Part shown: positions 41,244-54,200 of the stretch, piece after piece
How positions within the stretch are numbered: the first letter of the stretch is position 1
How the letters are laid out: every line of letters begins with the position of its first letter
Assembly: GCA_976226885.1 (NCBI GenBank)
Contig: OZ320314.1
Coordinates: 34,596,001 to 34,660,000 of the forward strand
Direction of reading: 5' to 3'
Length of the DNA stretch: 64,000 nucleotides
DNA from: Iphione sp. A-MEVVRFRX5
Taxonomy: Eukaryota
Program-made: the position numbers and the translations under genes
The notes under the pieces: generated by a model
Databases searched by the model: none
Told to the model about the DNA's origin: nothing
The model's input: the letters and a program-made list of their open reading frames with translations, nothing else

Positions 41244-41410
41244 AATGATAGTTTGATCTCTTATTACATGTACATGTTACACATGTTAGAATTTTTTTTG
41301 CCATATTTGGTATTGACCTTAACATATGGACCTTTGACCTCAACCTACTCACATAATTATACTGACCACACAGAGTACCTCAGAACCAATGATTCACAAC
41401 TAATTGACTT

Positions 41411-41448
41411 GCTCCTAATGAAGGGCGCATAAGCCCGAAACGATGAGC
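41411..41448 (+). ncRNA. Mutated minimal hammerhead ribozyme relic
   Basis: GCTC-CTAATGA-A-GGGC-GCATAA-GCCC-GAAA-CG-AT-GAGC. Helix I (GCTC/GAGC) and helix II (GGGC/GCCC) pair perfectly, but core G5 is A and U16.1 is A, so it is predicted to be inactive. Confidence 0.7.
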
Positions 41449-44400
41449 TGTATATTGACCAACAATAGACCACCACTAAATTCAAAGACAAGGTAGTTGG
41501 GTTTTGTTTGGATAATTCATATCATCAGTTATTCTTTCTTTACGAACCAAGCGATGTATTTCTTTGCGTAACGGATAAACATCCAAAATGGAATCTTTTA
41601 GGACGGGCACGTGTCACCTGGAAACTTTACTACACGTGAGAAGTGTAAAGCCTATTCATTCCATTGCATCTCGCGCGAATGTGGAGAATCATGATTACGC
41701 CTTGGTGTTCAACATACTTCACAGTGTGAATCTGAGGCATTGGGTAAAAAAAGGAACCTTTACTCAAAGGACGTCCTACACGAGCTACAGGTAGTCACGA
41801 TACATTTTGCGTTTCACGAGGACGTGAAATACTCAGCCTGTAAGCCACGAGAACCCCCGAAAGGGCGGCGTCTGACCACTGCAGGTGACCCCTTCAGGGA
41901 TATAGAAACGTTTGCAGAGACACCTGCGTTGGCGCTTACTCCTACCTCAGCTACGTAACTCATACGATGAGGATCATCAGCTCAACGGATCGGCTTAACG
42001 GTGCTGATCCGTGTAACTAAAGGTCACAGTCCTAACCACCGTCTTCCCCTGAATTAGAGTACTCTTAGTATTGCCATTGATTATCTGACTGAAATGGTAT
42101 GGCCTGGCGATTCTGACGAGCGCTTCCTCAGATTGATTTCTCTTAGTTATTTTTTAAAACAGGGATGCTAGTGCCATCTGCGTAAGAAGCGGGATAACGC
42201 AAAGGCGTTGGCAACTGGGAGTTCCCCCCTATTGACAAAAATGGCCCGCCATTGTCTTGCATCCTAAGAAGACGCCGGATGAGATATTTGCCCATAATAA
42301 AAGATATATGAATGTATATAACATGGAAACAAAACGCCAAGCGGGTTATCTGGCTTGATGCAATGCGCACGCTTTCTTCGTGAAGGCAGGCGATCTGTTT
42401 GTTTTGCGACGATACAGGCCATAATGGCTTTGTAAAACCGGTCACGTTCGGCGCAAGCACGTTTAAAGAGCCGCCCACGAGCGATTAGAGCAGTTAGTGT
42501 CCTGTCAGGGGCCCATATACCTTCATCATTTTTGCTCTACGTCGTCCGGGACGCAGTAAAGGTTAGACGCTGCTTGACCCGATGTCTCTTCGACAACTGA
42601 GTCATCATCTACAAAAACGGCCGCCAACTGCCGATCTGCTTTGAAGGCAGCCTGCCCAGTGTCACAGGCAGTTCAGGAAGAAGCGGTTCATCTTCAATCT
42701 TTGATCGCCTATGGTTAGTTACAAGGCGCTTACATTCCACGAATAAATGACGGCCGGCCCCCGGCCCGGGCAGTCTTTTCGCATGCGTCCGTCTTAAAAC
42801 GAGCCTTGTGGCAGACCAGCAGGAGTTCATGGACCGGGCGCCTATCTATCAGCGCTGACGAATGCCGTCACTCTTCAGGCGAAGGCAATCAAAATTTGTC
42901 AGCTGTCATTTTAACCCGCAGCAAAAGAAGGAAACCTGTCCCAGGATCTCATTGATGGTGCCTCTGCGAAAACAATGGCCATAAGTTTGCCTCTCGACAA
43001 AGCCAGTGCATCGCATTATCACTTCAAAGAGCGAAGTGATTCGTCCAAAATGGCAATGGGGAAGTTGAATTGCTGCTTGCTCAAGGGGGACTTACGTCTG
43101 TGGCGATTTACGTTTGGAGAATATTCTTGGCAATGAGTATCAATTTAGCAGGCTCCTTGGGTACGTCGGCCTTCAAACAGGAAGTCCAGAGGATGGAAAT
43201 GCGTTGTCCTTCTACTTGGGAGTGATGGGCATGGATTTAGCACGCTTGGAAAAGCTCCTGTCAGAATTGTCAGGCGGAATGACAGATAGCGGCTATGGCC
43301 AATCGGAGCCACTTGCTTGCAGAGGGAAGGCAATGGTAGGGGGAAGGCCAGTAGCAGCGGGGTCCGGGGTTGGCAGGCGTTGTGACGATGTCACCACTTT
43401 GTGACTCTGGTCATCAGCGCCTGGACACAGGTGACCATCCATCACGTGATCACAAAGAAGGCCACGTGGTGCGGAGGTCGGACATTGTCATGCTGATGGG
43501 CTGACAGACTATGAAGATGGATCCGCAAGGTGGACAGCAACCGCTATTGACCATCCAAAACTCTATCCTTCCCTCCAGACCGGCCGCCGCCAATGCCAGG
43601 GCCCTCAGGTCTTCATTCCTCATGGATTACACCTAGGATTAGCGCGATTACAAAAATACCCCCACAGGATTAGATTAGGGGCTTAATGTAGGCAACAGGT
43701 GTCTTATTCAGCTGGGTACACCAGTAGTGTGCTTTACACTGGTTCTTGCCGATAGGGTCCCTGCCGCCGGCAAGAGTACACACCTGAATCTGCCTGGGAC
43801 AGGCCGTCAGATTCAGTGGCCACCTCACTAAAGCCAGGATTAGCCCCTTCACCAAACAGGATTACATATTCCCACTCGGTTTGAATTAAAGCCGTGATCC
43901 CGGTTAGATTCGCCCGTCAGGGGTCTGGACATCGCTGTCATTCTATAACCTGTCAATGAGCTGGACGTCAGCAAGATCGATGGGCCACTTCTTCCTGGCA
44001 GCCGCCCTCTGCCTCAACAAAGTGGGCAACTTAGAAGGACTCAGGTCAACCGGCTGGTAAGGGCAGCTCGGTTCTTGCGTGGGAATTGCATAGGGCGCCA
44101 TCCTGGCTTCATACAATAAACAATGGACGTACGGCGTGTTTACGCTGCTCGAATATATCAAGATAAATATTCATGGGTCGGAAATTGCATTTACAACTAT
44201 ACTGCCTGCCAGTGTGGCTCTCCTTTTTTTCTTTTTGTTTTGTCCAACATATTGCATGATATATAATTTCAAAGAAAAACGAACGAGATGATGAATACGA
44301 TTTGCAACGTCTATGTTGTCTTCTGAAAACCATACGTGTACATATATTTTTAATTTATGCCCTACCAATATAATGGAGGGAATAAATAAACTATGTAAAT

Positions 44401-44509
44401 ATCTTTAATACGCGGTTACTTAAGAAACACACACACATTATATTTACATGAACATATACACATAAGCAGGAACGTTAGCTTCAGTTCGTTTCAACAAAGA
44501 AATTTACTT

Positions 44510-44895
44510 CTACTCTGTGTCCTGAAAGTGGCCGCACTGGGCCTTAGTGCAGAGTGTGAGGAAGTACTGGTGCTGGACAGAGATGATCCTAATCAGTGGT
44601 CTCGTTAGTACCTGCTCCTCGCTGCCATTACTGCCAGCTGCACTCTGAACGCCCACCTGACAATTACCAACAAGTGGTCACTTAAACTATCAGCTCTTTT
44701 GCCCTCACTCTCTCATTGTCTCCACTTCCTTCTCGGTCTATCCCTAGGGTCTGTCCACCTTTTTCTATAAACATTTCTTTCTCGGCCTTCACTCTCGCAC
44801 TCTCCTCATTCTTCTGTGGCTCGATCTCTTTTGTCTGTCCATCTCTTTGGTAGAGAGTCTCTTACTTGCTCTTTTGGTGTTGATATTTCTCTGAC
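44510..44895 (-). pseudogene. Frameshifted ORF relic, charged low-complexity region plus short C-terminal segment
   Basis: Minus frames give DGQTKEIEPQKNEESARVKAEKEMFIEKGGQTLGIDREGSGDNERVRAKRADSLSD, then after a shift VGNCQVGVQSAAGSNGSEEQVLTRPLIRIISVQHQYFLTLCTKAQCGHFQDTE* (stop 44512-44510), followed by AT-rich UTR-like sequence. Confidence 0.4.
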
Positions 44896-45074
44896 ATAAA
44901 CGCATAGTATTACATTAACTGAATACTCAAGAGACATTCCATTGATATTTACTCCTGTTTATTGTTGTTCGAAAGCTTAACACATGATTTATCTCATACA
45001 GTCTCCTGGTTTTAACATTTTTTCGTAATCAATTTAATATCTAATCAACTATTAACTAGAAATTTACTGCTGAA

Positions 45075-45290
45075 CTGTGATAACCATGGTTGCTTCCTGG
45101 ATACCCTAGCAACAGAGTAGTATAAAAGGAGAGACCTCCTGGTATGTTGAACACAACCGCTTGTACTCCTGATGAAGACAGGTTGACTGTCGAAAGCTTG
45201 AGTTGGATTGATTGGAATTTTGGTTACTTGAATACAAAGAAGTTCTGGAAACTGTGTTTTGGTTTTGCTTTCCTAACATGTATATATTTA
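45075..45290 (+). mobile_element. PLE pseudo-LTR / retrozyme LTR-like solo remnant
   Basis: TATAAAAG at 45121-45128 lies about 40 nt upstream of the intact hammerhead and is followed by a T-rich tail (gttttggttttgctttcc). A degenerate partial copy (ACTCCTG...CGAAAGCTT) sits at 44951-44978. Boundaries are approximate. Confidence 0.55.
45165..45203 (+). ncRNA. Minimal type I hammerhead ribozyme (PLE/retrozyme type), apparently intact
   Basis: ACTC-CTGATGA-A-GACAG-GTTGA-CTGTC-GAAA-GC-TT-GAGT. Helix I is ACTC/GAGT, the core CUGAUGA and GAAA are intact, helix II GACAG/CTGTC is 5 bp, helix III is the palindromic AAGCTT, and the NUH triplet is CUU. Confidence 0.8.
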
Positions 45291-48200
45291 TATTTTACAT
45301 GTATATGTAAAGGATATACATGTATATATTCTTTCTGTGTATCTCTGTCTTCTCAGATGTGTTGTTAGCCTTTCCCACTACCACATTTATCTTCCCTCTG
45401 TCCTACTTAAATGCCCCCTTATTTTCCTTCTTTGTGTATCTTTTTCTATCTCTTTCTCCCAGCCTGTCGAATTCCTCTGATGCTCTACCTGCTGTCTGGG
45501 AGCGCCACTGCTGCTGCTGCTAAACTCCTGGCGGCGCCAGTTAAAGCTCGCGGGTCGTTCCCACCCGCTACTACAAGGCAGAGATTGATCAGGGCCTTGA
45601 TGCTCTACAACCCGCCCCCAGTCACCTCCCCCGGAGGCTCCCCGAACCAGGGGCCTCTCCAGGCCAATGGACGGTGTCTGTCCACCGTGTAAAGCGTCCT
45701 TCCCTCTTACCAGGCCCGCGCGTCGCTCCCGGTAGCGCCTGCTAATTGATACAAGGTGTCCACCTGTCCACGTACGGCGGCCAGCTGCGGCCTACCTGTG
45801 GCATGCTGCGGCCCGTTAGCCACCTGATTCTTCTCTCTCTCTTTCTCTCAATGGCCATTCTGCTGGGGGGGGGGGGTGTGTGATTCCTTTCAGCCATGCA
45901 CCGTGCTACAGCTGGTTTGATATGAGTAGTATATGGAAATGTAAGATATGTGTCTGTGACTCCCTTTTTTTAATGGAGCGTAACGACAACTGCTCATGTA
46001 GCCTAACCAATTAAAAAAATAAATGCGTGTGTATGTGAGTGTCACAGCAATAGCATTATCACAGCTGCAGCGCGTTTATCTATTGGATGTACCATGAAAT
46101 GGAATGCAGAGATGTACTGCAGCCTTCATGCTATTCTCAGATGCATCTACTGATTACGGCAATCTGGTACCTACGACAGCGGATGCTAACATTAGTCTTT
46201 AAATCCCTGGCCCGTCCACCCAGCGAACACAAAGGCTGCAAGGGACGGTAACGGGTGTCTACCGTGCCCGCCTTTCCAAATCCCCAACAATATGCTATTA
46301 GGCTTGCTGTGATGGATGGATGGCGAGCATGGGTAGTGGGGGCCTGACACTGATCCCCGCTAACATGTGTAGGTGGTTAGCCCGCTGACACCTCGAGTGC
46401 TATCCATCACCTGAGGGCGTTGTGGCCGGCCAGACGCTCTACCTGGCCGCCAGGGGTCAGCCTGCTTACAGCGTCCCTCAGGTGGCTGGCCGTCTCACCG
46501 GTGGGAGCGTCTATCAAAGGTCGAGGATGGGCCTGTTAGGGTTGCGATCCAGTATACAGCCAGTGCATCGCACAATAGGACCAGCGTGGTTAGAGGGATG
46601 ATGGTAGAGGAGTAAGAACCCATTAAAGATAGTCTCTGTGTAGGGGAAAAAGGGAACGAGCAAGTAGCATTGCAGATAACAGGTTGCGTTTCTTCGTGAG
46701 CCTGAAAGGTGGTGGACAGAGAAGGCAAAATACATGTCCACACACTGGAAACACCAACCACTTAAATTTTAAAATCGATCCGATAAAAAAGTTTATGTTG
46801 TATCATGATAGTAGTATAAAAATTGGTGATATGGACACTTGCAACTTTTTATGGTCCATCTACACTATAATAAAAAGTCCATTCTGAAAGATAGGTATCC
46901 ATTTAAATGAACTTGTTGACCGTACACTTACGAAAGGACCAAACAGGAAACCTCATGAATCAATTCAAATCGTTCCACGTACCTATGCAATCAATACTGA
47001 ATTTAATATCCAAATTGTTGACGGGATACAAGATCGGCTGCTGGAGAATGATGCAGGGAGGTTGAGAACACCTTACCGCCGGTACAAACAATGTAATAAA
47101 GGAACAACAATCGCCAGAAGGCAGTCCGTGAAGTTGACGTAAGAACTGCAAAAAATAGTAATAAGGAGAACGATGGAGGGAGAGGGAAACGGTCTATGGC
47201 TGGGTGTTTTTAGCTTGAGGCTGATAGGGTTGGCATGTTGTTGGGGTAAGGACTGATGAGTGCACGCAATACGGAACTCTCGATTACAGACTCGCCTTAA
47301 TTTTCAGAACGAAGCCGCTTTTGTCTAGAGGCAAAGAACCTACTTTCACGCTGCACAAAACAAGCCGATTTGAGAGCCCCTAGGCAGAAGTGGTACAAGG
47401 TAAAGCGAATTGAAAATCCTCCCCCCAAGGATATTTGAGTAAATTAATAATCGCGAGAACGATGTTTAAACATGATTCAATTTGAGCAATCATGCAAATC
47501 TTGTATACATCACGGTACGGCTTGTCGAGTTTAAAGGGAAAAACGGGTAAAGTTGAACTGCTGACAAAACTTAATCAGAGGGCCACTACTGAGAACGAAC
47601 ACGTTGGACTAGAGTACTGTGAGGAAAGGGAGTTCGTGGTGTGGAGTATAAACTGGGGTTCATGCCAGTACAGTGTAGTTGGAAGGGCAATCTTTTGATA
47701 GCGTCTGGATGCTGAGCTGGTTCACGTCCAGAGAGATGATATGGTGAGTGGGCAGCTTGGCACGGTGGGCGGTACCATGGATGCCCATACCGCTCCGACT
47801 GTCCTCATGGGTGGGCCGTGCGGTGTACCCAGCCCCACCCACCGACCCACCATCTCGCCCACGTCTCCGCTGGATCGGCCGCCTTCCCGCCTCGAGCTGC
47901 CAGTTGAAGCCTGGTTGCCTAGTTCACTTGGCGTGTTTTATTTCAGACCTTCGTTAGCGGCACGAGGATCATTAGCACAGGCAGTGCGGTATCTGTCTGC
48001 CGGCACACCATCCATCCATCACCATTGAAATATTCAAGTCCCCGCCTCTTAAGCTCAGGTGACAATGTACACTGACACTAAATCCCAGAGCAGCGCAAGT
48101 ATTTTCACGCATCAATACCGCTGTTGACAGAATGGACCGTGCTGCTGCTGGCTCGTGCCCTGCCCTCCTTCTCCCTCTCTGATAGACAGACAAAACTGAC

Positions 48201-51200
48201 CGCCCGATATTATCTCATACATGTTTGGGGGGGGGGTGTAACGGGGTGGGGGATAGAGGCGGGGGAGGAAGAAGGTAGGTGGTCGTATACACCAAGGCCC
48301 TTCCTCATCCCTCAGGAGGAAAAAAGTACCATCTGCCCTTTTGGCAATCATCATCAGAGGCACGCTCAAAAATAATCATCCCTCGGGTAAACCGCACCCC
48401 CCACCCCGAACCGAAATACCGGTAGCCTTAATTGGGCCCAGTCCATTATATTCAGTCTGAGAAATGTGCCTTTACGGCCAGCAGTAACAGGCGCCCAACG
48501 CTGCCTGTGCATTCCGGCAATCTTATTACCAGAGATTCATTTAGGCATTTATCATAGCCCTGAGCACATGGGGATTTGGGAATTTCCACCAATCTGTCTT
48601 TCAGGTTTCGAAGGTAACTCTGGCTGGCTGTCCTATGAACTTATCATCAACTTTCATATTCCAGCTTAATGCCTGATGCCGATGGGACAGGGCCCGGCTC
48701 CTATCTAAGCAATCAGAACGTTCGCATTGGGTTTTGCAAGGAAATTAATTATATAGTGGCCATGGGGCTGTGCCAGAACTGGTGTAATAAGAAAATAGGG
48801 CTAATCAGCTTAGGGAATCATTCTGGTATTAAATGATGGTTTTCAAGCAGAGGCTGGCAGCACTGGCAAGACGTGTTTCATGTCGTTCTATGACTTCCTA
48901 AATTCAGCAATAAATGAGGCGAACTCTGGTGAAGGAAAGGGTGGCGTTATTTGTGAAGAAACCTTTCATCTGTTCCTACCGTCATGATCATGTTTTTCTC
49001 AACGACCAAACACGTCGTATTTCCTTTCTATGTATCACCTGATCATAATTCCAGAAGCATTCACGTACTGCCACTGTTGCAAATGGCAATTCGGAAGGCC
49101 AAGGGTGACTAAGATGTTTTTCTTCGGTGCCCTTTGAACATCGAGTAACAGTTTTTCCCCCCCATTTCTTTCGGACCGTCATGCAAGTCACCTCCATGTC
49201 ATTAACCACCTGTAAGTGCTGACTACCACCGCCGTCAGTGGCTTTGCACATGAAACATGGGGAATCTAGAGGAATTTCACGCCTTAGGTCACCTCGACAG
49301 GAAATGAAAGTCGTTAATTTTACTCTCCGGGGGCAGGAGCGATGCCAAAACGGTTTGGGGAGAAGGGAAGCCACATCACGGGAAAGGTTAACCGACAGCA
49401 AAAAGGGCAGAATTTCTCATGGCCTTGGCCGCCCCGCGAAAATAAAAGTGTATGTTGATTGCTCTGTTTAATATGTATAGAACGTGAGCTGCCTATGTCA
49501 CGTGGAAGACGATGGGAAAGCTTAATGCCTCCTCCAGACAATCTTAATTCACGCCGCTATCTTGATCCGGAAGACCTGCCATGGGGATCATGCACAAAGT
49601 GGCTTCATCGTCAGGGAGAGGAAGGTGAAATGGCATACAGTCCGTTTTGAGCAGATCTCATGATTTCTTTGACTATCGTGACTGTGTTTTGATAATAGTC
49701 TCCGGCCCTTGTGGCCCTCTTTCGAATGGCCGGACATAAATCCGAGTGACTGAACAAAAGTATTGTTCGCGATAATGAAACTTACAAATTGGTATGAAGC
49801 CAGCGTATAAAAGTGAGTTATGTTGTAGATAGGCGGTCCCTAGCCTATACACTTAGACCAGGCGGAGCGGTCGTCCCCTTCAATAGCTTCCCTTATTTCT
49901 CCACAGAAATCAGCGGTGCATTCCTTTGTCAGAGCCGCCTTATCAGTGTTGCCGAGTCAGTCACATATCCAGGGAGAAACGTCGGAGTGAAATATGTGCC
50001 TCGATATGAAACGACGCCAAAAACCCCGGCTATTTATTGCCGATCAATACAAATCTTTATTTCACATGCGATTCTTTTAACCATATCCCAATGCGCAATC
50101 AGGGGAGCTGGAACGGGGCGCTATCCCATTCGGAGCGGGGTCGCCTGGCGTGCCCCCACATCTTGCCAATAGCATCGTTGGCAGACATTTTCACAATCGA
50201 AGCGGTTGTTTGGATGGGGGGGTACTGCTGAGGGCAAGAAATAAATAGGAAGTCTGTTTGGGCAGTGCGCCGGCCGCGCTGGTCATTTCGGGCGGCCACT
50301 GTAATGGTCCTTATAGATTATGCACAACATGATCCTGCTATGGATGAACCAATAAATTTCTGAAGCGCCTCTGCCAGACCAGGCCTGAGCCTCCTATATT
50401 TCAAATGAGAAAAATTCAAATGCGCTACCATGGCTTATCGACAGGAGGTGATGTGGTAGAGAAAACGGCGCTAGAAATATATGGCCCGTCATTGCGTCTT
50501 ATCGTGTCACTGTCTCTCGGGCATATAGGAACAGGTCAAACCCCATAAATTATTGACAGTCACTGCTCGATTTGAATTCTTCGCCCGGGCTCGGGTGGCC
50601 GGCGCGCCGCGCAAATATAACAGTTCACTATGCATTACGGCAGGAATCTTTCTTCGCCGGCTGATGTGACATCTTGCGCGCTGAAATGCAATCGGCAAGA
50701 CATCACTTTTGAAAGAATTACCCGCCTCATACGTCGCAAGCGGGCCAATAATTGAATTGGGAATTTCAGAGTGGCAGTGATAAGATGACTGGTCAGATGA
50801 CATCTTTTGGCGGGCCGCCCACTTTAGTGCAACTATATAAAAGGATCAGAGTGGGACCTAACCTGATCTCGGCCGGGCAACCCACTTGGTCGCCATGCGC
50901 GACAACTCCACATTAACGCCACCTCCAAAATATGACCACCGTCACATCGCACTGTAATGGACAATATTTCTAATTAGGCAAAATGCACCGCCTGGCTGCC
51001 TGTCTCCAGCTCTGGTCTGACGAGGCTGTTACTCAGACAGCAGTCTTTTTGTGTGCCTTTTCGCCGGTCAATTACGTGCCTCTCAGCTTACGGTGCCACC
51101 ACCCTTTGACTTTTCCCATCTACAGGCAGGCCATTATTTTCAACATTTGTGGCGACGTTACTTTATTCTAAATACACGCGCCAAGGCGCGACTAGAAATG

Positions 51201-54200
51201 GGATCCGGGTCCAATCTCTTGGAGATGGGCAAATGTTGATTCGACGGGCCTCGTCTGCAGCACTCGGCCCACAAATTAGGTGTTCTATGGAGATTCAGTT
51301 TCCTTTGGTAAGTGTAGGATCTGTCATTACGGTGACGTGGTAGGGATGTCCTAGACGCTGGGTCGTCGGCTCAGCACCCTGCCCTCTGCCGGCCGCCTGA
51401 GTGCGTCTGGGGCGTGCTTACACCTTACCCTGGCGTAGTAATACAGCCGATGTGTGGGGAGACCGCGTCACTGTCGAGACCTCTGGTTCTTGGACGTTCC
51501 CCCCCCCTCCCTTGCTCCCTTCCCACTCTACAAACAGCGCTAGTGGTGGGCCGAAGATGCAGCACGAGCCAAGAGAAACCATTAGCAGGATGCAAAGGGA
51601 CAGCGGTAATCTGCAGTGGTAATCTGCAGCACATCTGTTAAGTGCGGCACTGTGTTTCTCTTTTTTTTTGTCCTTTTAGGTTACAGAAAAGTTGGGTTAC
51701 TTTGAAGCTAGAACAAAAAGCTTGACCATTACTCTGGCGGTCTCTTTTTTTAGGGTTTTCATTTTTTTCGTGATCTTGCCCCTTTACTTATTCATCTGTT
51801 GATTGTCTTATCCATAAAAAGCTCAGTTTTGCGGAGGATTCCTTGATGAGTTCGTCGAGCGTACTCGTGACATGGTAAATTTATCAAAGTGGCGTGCTCT
51901 CACCAAGGCAGGGTGTGGTTTACATCACAGCCACACGTCTGAGTGGACTATTCAACAGGTGCAGAGATGGCCCTGGTGGTTGACGCCTACTTGCTAGGCG
52001 TCGCCACTTGTCTCAGGGCAGGGATACACCATGGGTGCATGATGAGAGGGAGGGTGGGGAGGGAGAGAGCGAGAGAGGCCAGCCGCACGGCAAGATGGAC
52101 CGAGACGGCCAAAATGTCGCCTAGCCCTTCCTGCGTTATCTAGATGAAAACGCGCTCTCCTTGTGATTCCTCCTAACCATATGAGCCAGTCCGGTGATCA
52201 AACTGGACCTATTCACATTTACTCAAAGAGCTTCCTATATATTCAATAGGATAGCACGGAGAATATAAAAAGAAATCCCACTACCCATAATATCCAAATT
52301 ACACCTTCCCTACTGGGATTGCAGGCGTAATTTCCTTTAATAAAGGTAGTAGGCGCCTAATTTTGACCACCTCACTCGTCCCTGTACTGTCCACGGTACG
52401 TAACCCCCTCATCCAGATGGTAACAAACGATAACTTCAAAGTTGGAATAACCTAACATTTTTTCTTTAAAATAAAAGAACATGGGATTAAATACCATTTT
52501 TAAAAATAACGTGGAAAGGGCGTTTAAACATTGGCAACCCAATGTACAAGTGTACTTGCCTTTCCAGCCAAGTAGTGTATAATCAACGTTCTGGGTCAGG
52601 CGATTTTAGTCACACAACTGTCAGGCCTCCGTATAGACTTACACGGCACGACTCGAATTCCTCGGGTAAGAAAATCCTCAAGACTCTTAAATCTAATACT
52701 TTCTTCAGGCAAATGAACACAAGTGCACACTGCATACATACGAGACTTGTCATTTGATAACTCTTTTGGTTCCTTCATGGAATTCTGCTTCTCTCCGATT
52801 TCTCAGCAGCTGTTCAAACGCCGTGAGCCATCAAGAGTTGTTATCATCAGCGCACTACTGACGTTCACTCGCCTCCCTGCACGGCGTAAAGGCCCCATTT
52901 TCACTGATCTGAAATGGTTTAAAGACGCGGCGCGGCGCCGTTTCCAACGTAATCCGTGTGATTCGCCGCGGCAAATTGTTGGCAATATTAAAACCCAGAC
53001 TGCATGTTGCGGCACCGATGCGGGTAAACGGGAATCGATTCGCAAGCGGCCGCGAAATGGAGGGGGGGGGGGAATTAGAGCGAAAGGAGAGAGGGGGGGG
53101 GGGCTGAGGTTTGTTGGAGTGAAAAAGAGGGTTGCTCGTTAATGTTGTCATATCAATCGTCATTTTGAGAGTACTGCCAAGGCTGCATACCAAGTCAGCC
53201 AAGATGGAGACTACATCGATTTTCAATTTTGAAAATCTTTGAACTTGAAGCCACAGGGGACACGTTATTTATTCACCGCTCTGCGGCGGCATTGAAGCGA
53301 TGGCAGGAAGAGAGACATCAGTGATAAAGCGTTTTTCGCCTCTCTATATGCGATGGGTTGTGCGTGAGCGCATTTGTGAAGATGTGTGTGCGGCTTAGGA
53401 GTGGGATAATCAAGCAGGGTAGGGGGTTGTTTCCAAGTGGGATGTTTTCAAAACGTCACTCGCGGCATTTGCCTGACATCCAACATTAGTTTAACAAATT
53501 ATGTTCCGCCATTAGGTAAGCTCCCGGGATGAATTGAATTTGCTGCTGGTACGAACCAGCTTTGTAGGTGGTATAATAAATGGCTGGGGAGAGGGGTCCG
53601 CCTAGGAAAAAAACCCTCCTTATCTAAGTTATCATCAAACACGATAAGCGTCATCTCACTGCAACATCCCCTAATCTGATTCCCCAGAAAGCAGGAAAAG
53701 GGAGCTCAATATTTGATGTTCAGTTTGTTTTTGATGTGACATAGCCCGACTGGTGATTTAGAAGCTGCGATATGCTTTAATGTTGTTGACGCCCCTCGTT
53801 CCGTTAATTTGGCAGCAAGGTGTGTGCTTCCAAGCCTAAGCTCCCCCCTCCCCTCCCCATGCCGCTTTGAAAGATGGCAATCGCATGCATGTGGTGGCCA
53901 TATATCAAGGCCGAGATTTACGATGAGTTATAACCCCGGTGCCGAATCGCAAGCAGGTGAACTTTGCGAGAGAAATTAATCAAGCGCGGCGCTGCGCCCA
54001 AAACAAAGCCCTCTCAAACAAGCCGAGGCGCGGCTACATGCCGACATATATCACGACGTCTCCGAGTGGCGGCCGCCATAGTCATAGGCCGCGAGATTAA
54101 TGCCGTGGATTTAAATCGACGGTTCTCTCACTCCCCACCCGAGCAACGGCTGCCACCGCGCCAGACATGCGGTTGCGCGCCACCAAACTTTGTGCGGGCA

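Noticed and set aside
42585-42615. GATGAT-GAC-TCAGTT-GTC-GAAG on the minus strand, hammerhead-like
   Set aside because: Both conserved core segments are altered; too degenerate to call.
47701-47742. Possible 42-nt plus-strand micro-exon RLDAELVHVQRDDM with a GTGAGT donor
   Set aside because: No recognisable homology or partner exons; such splice-like pairs occur by chance.
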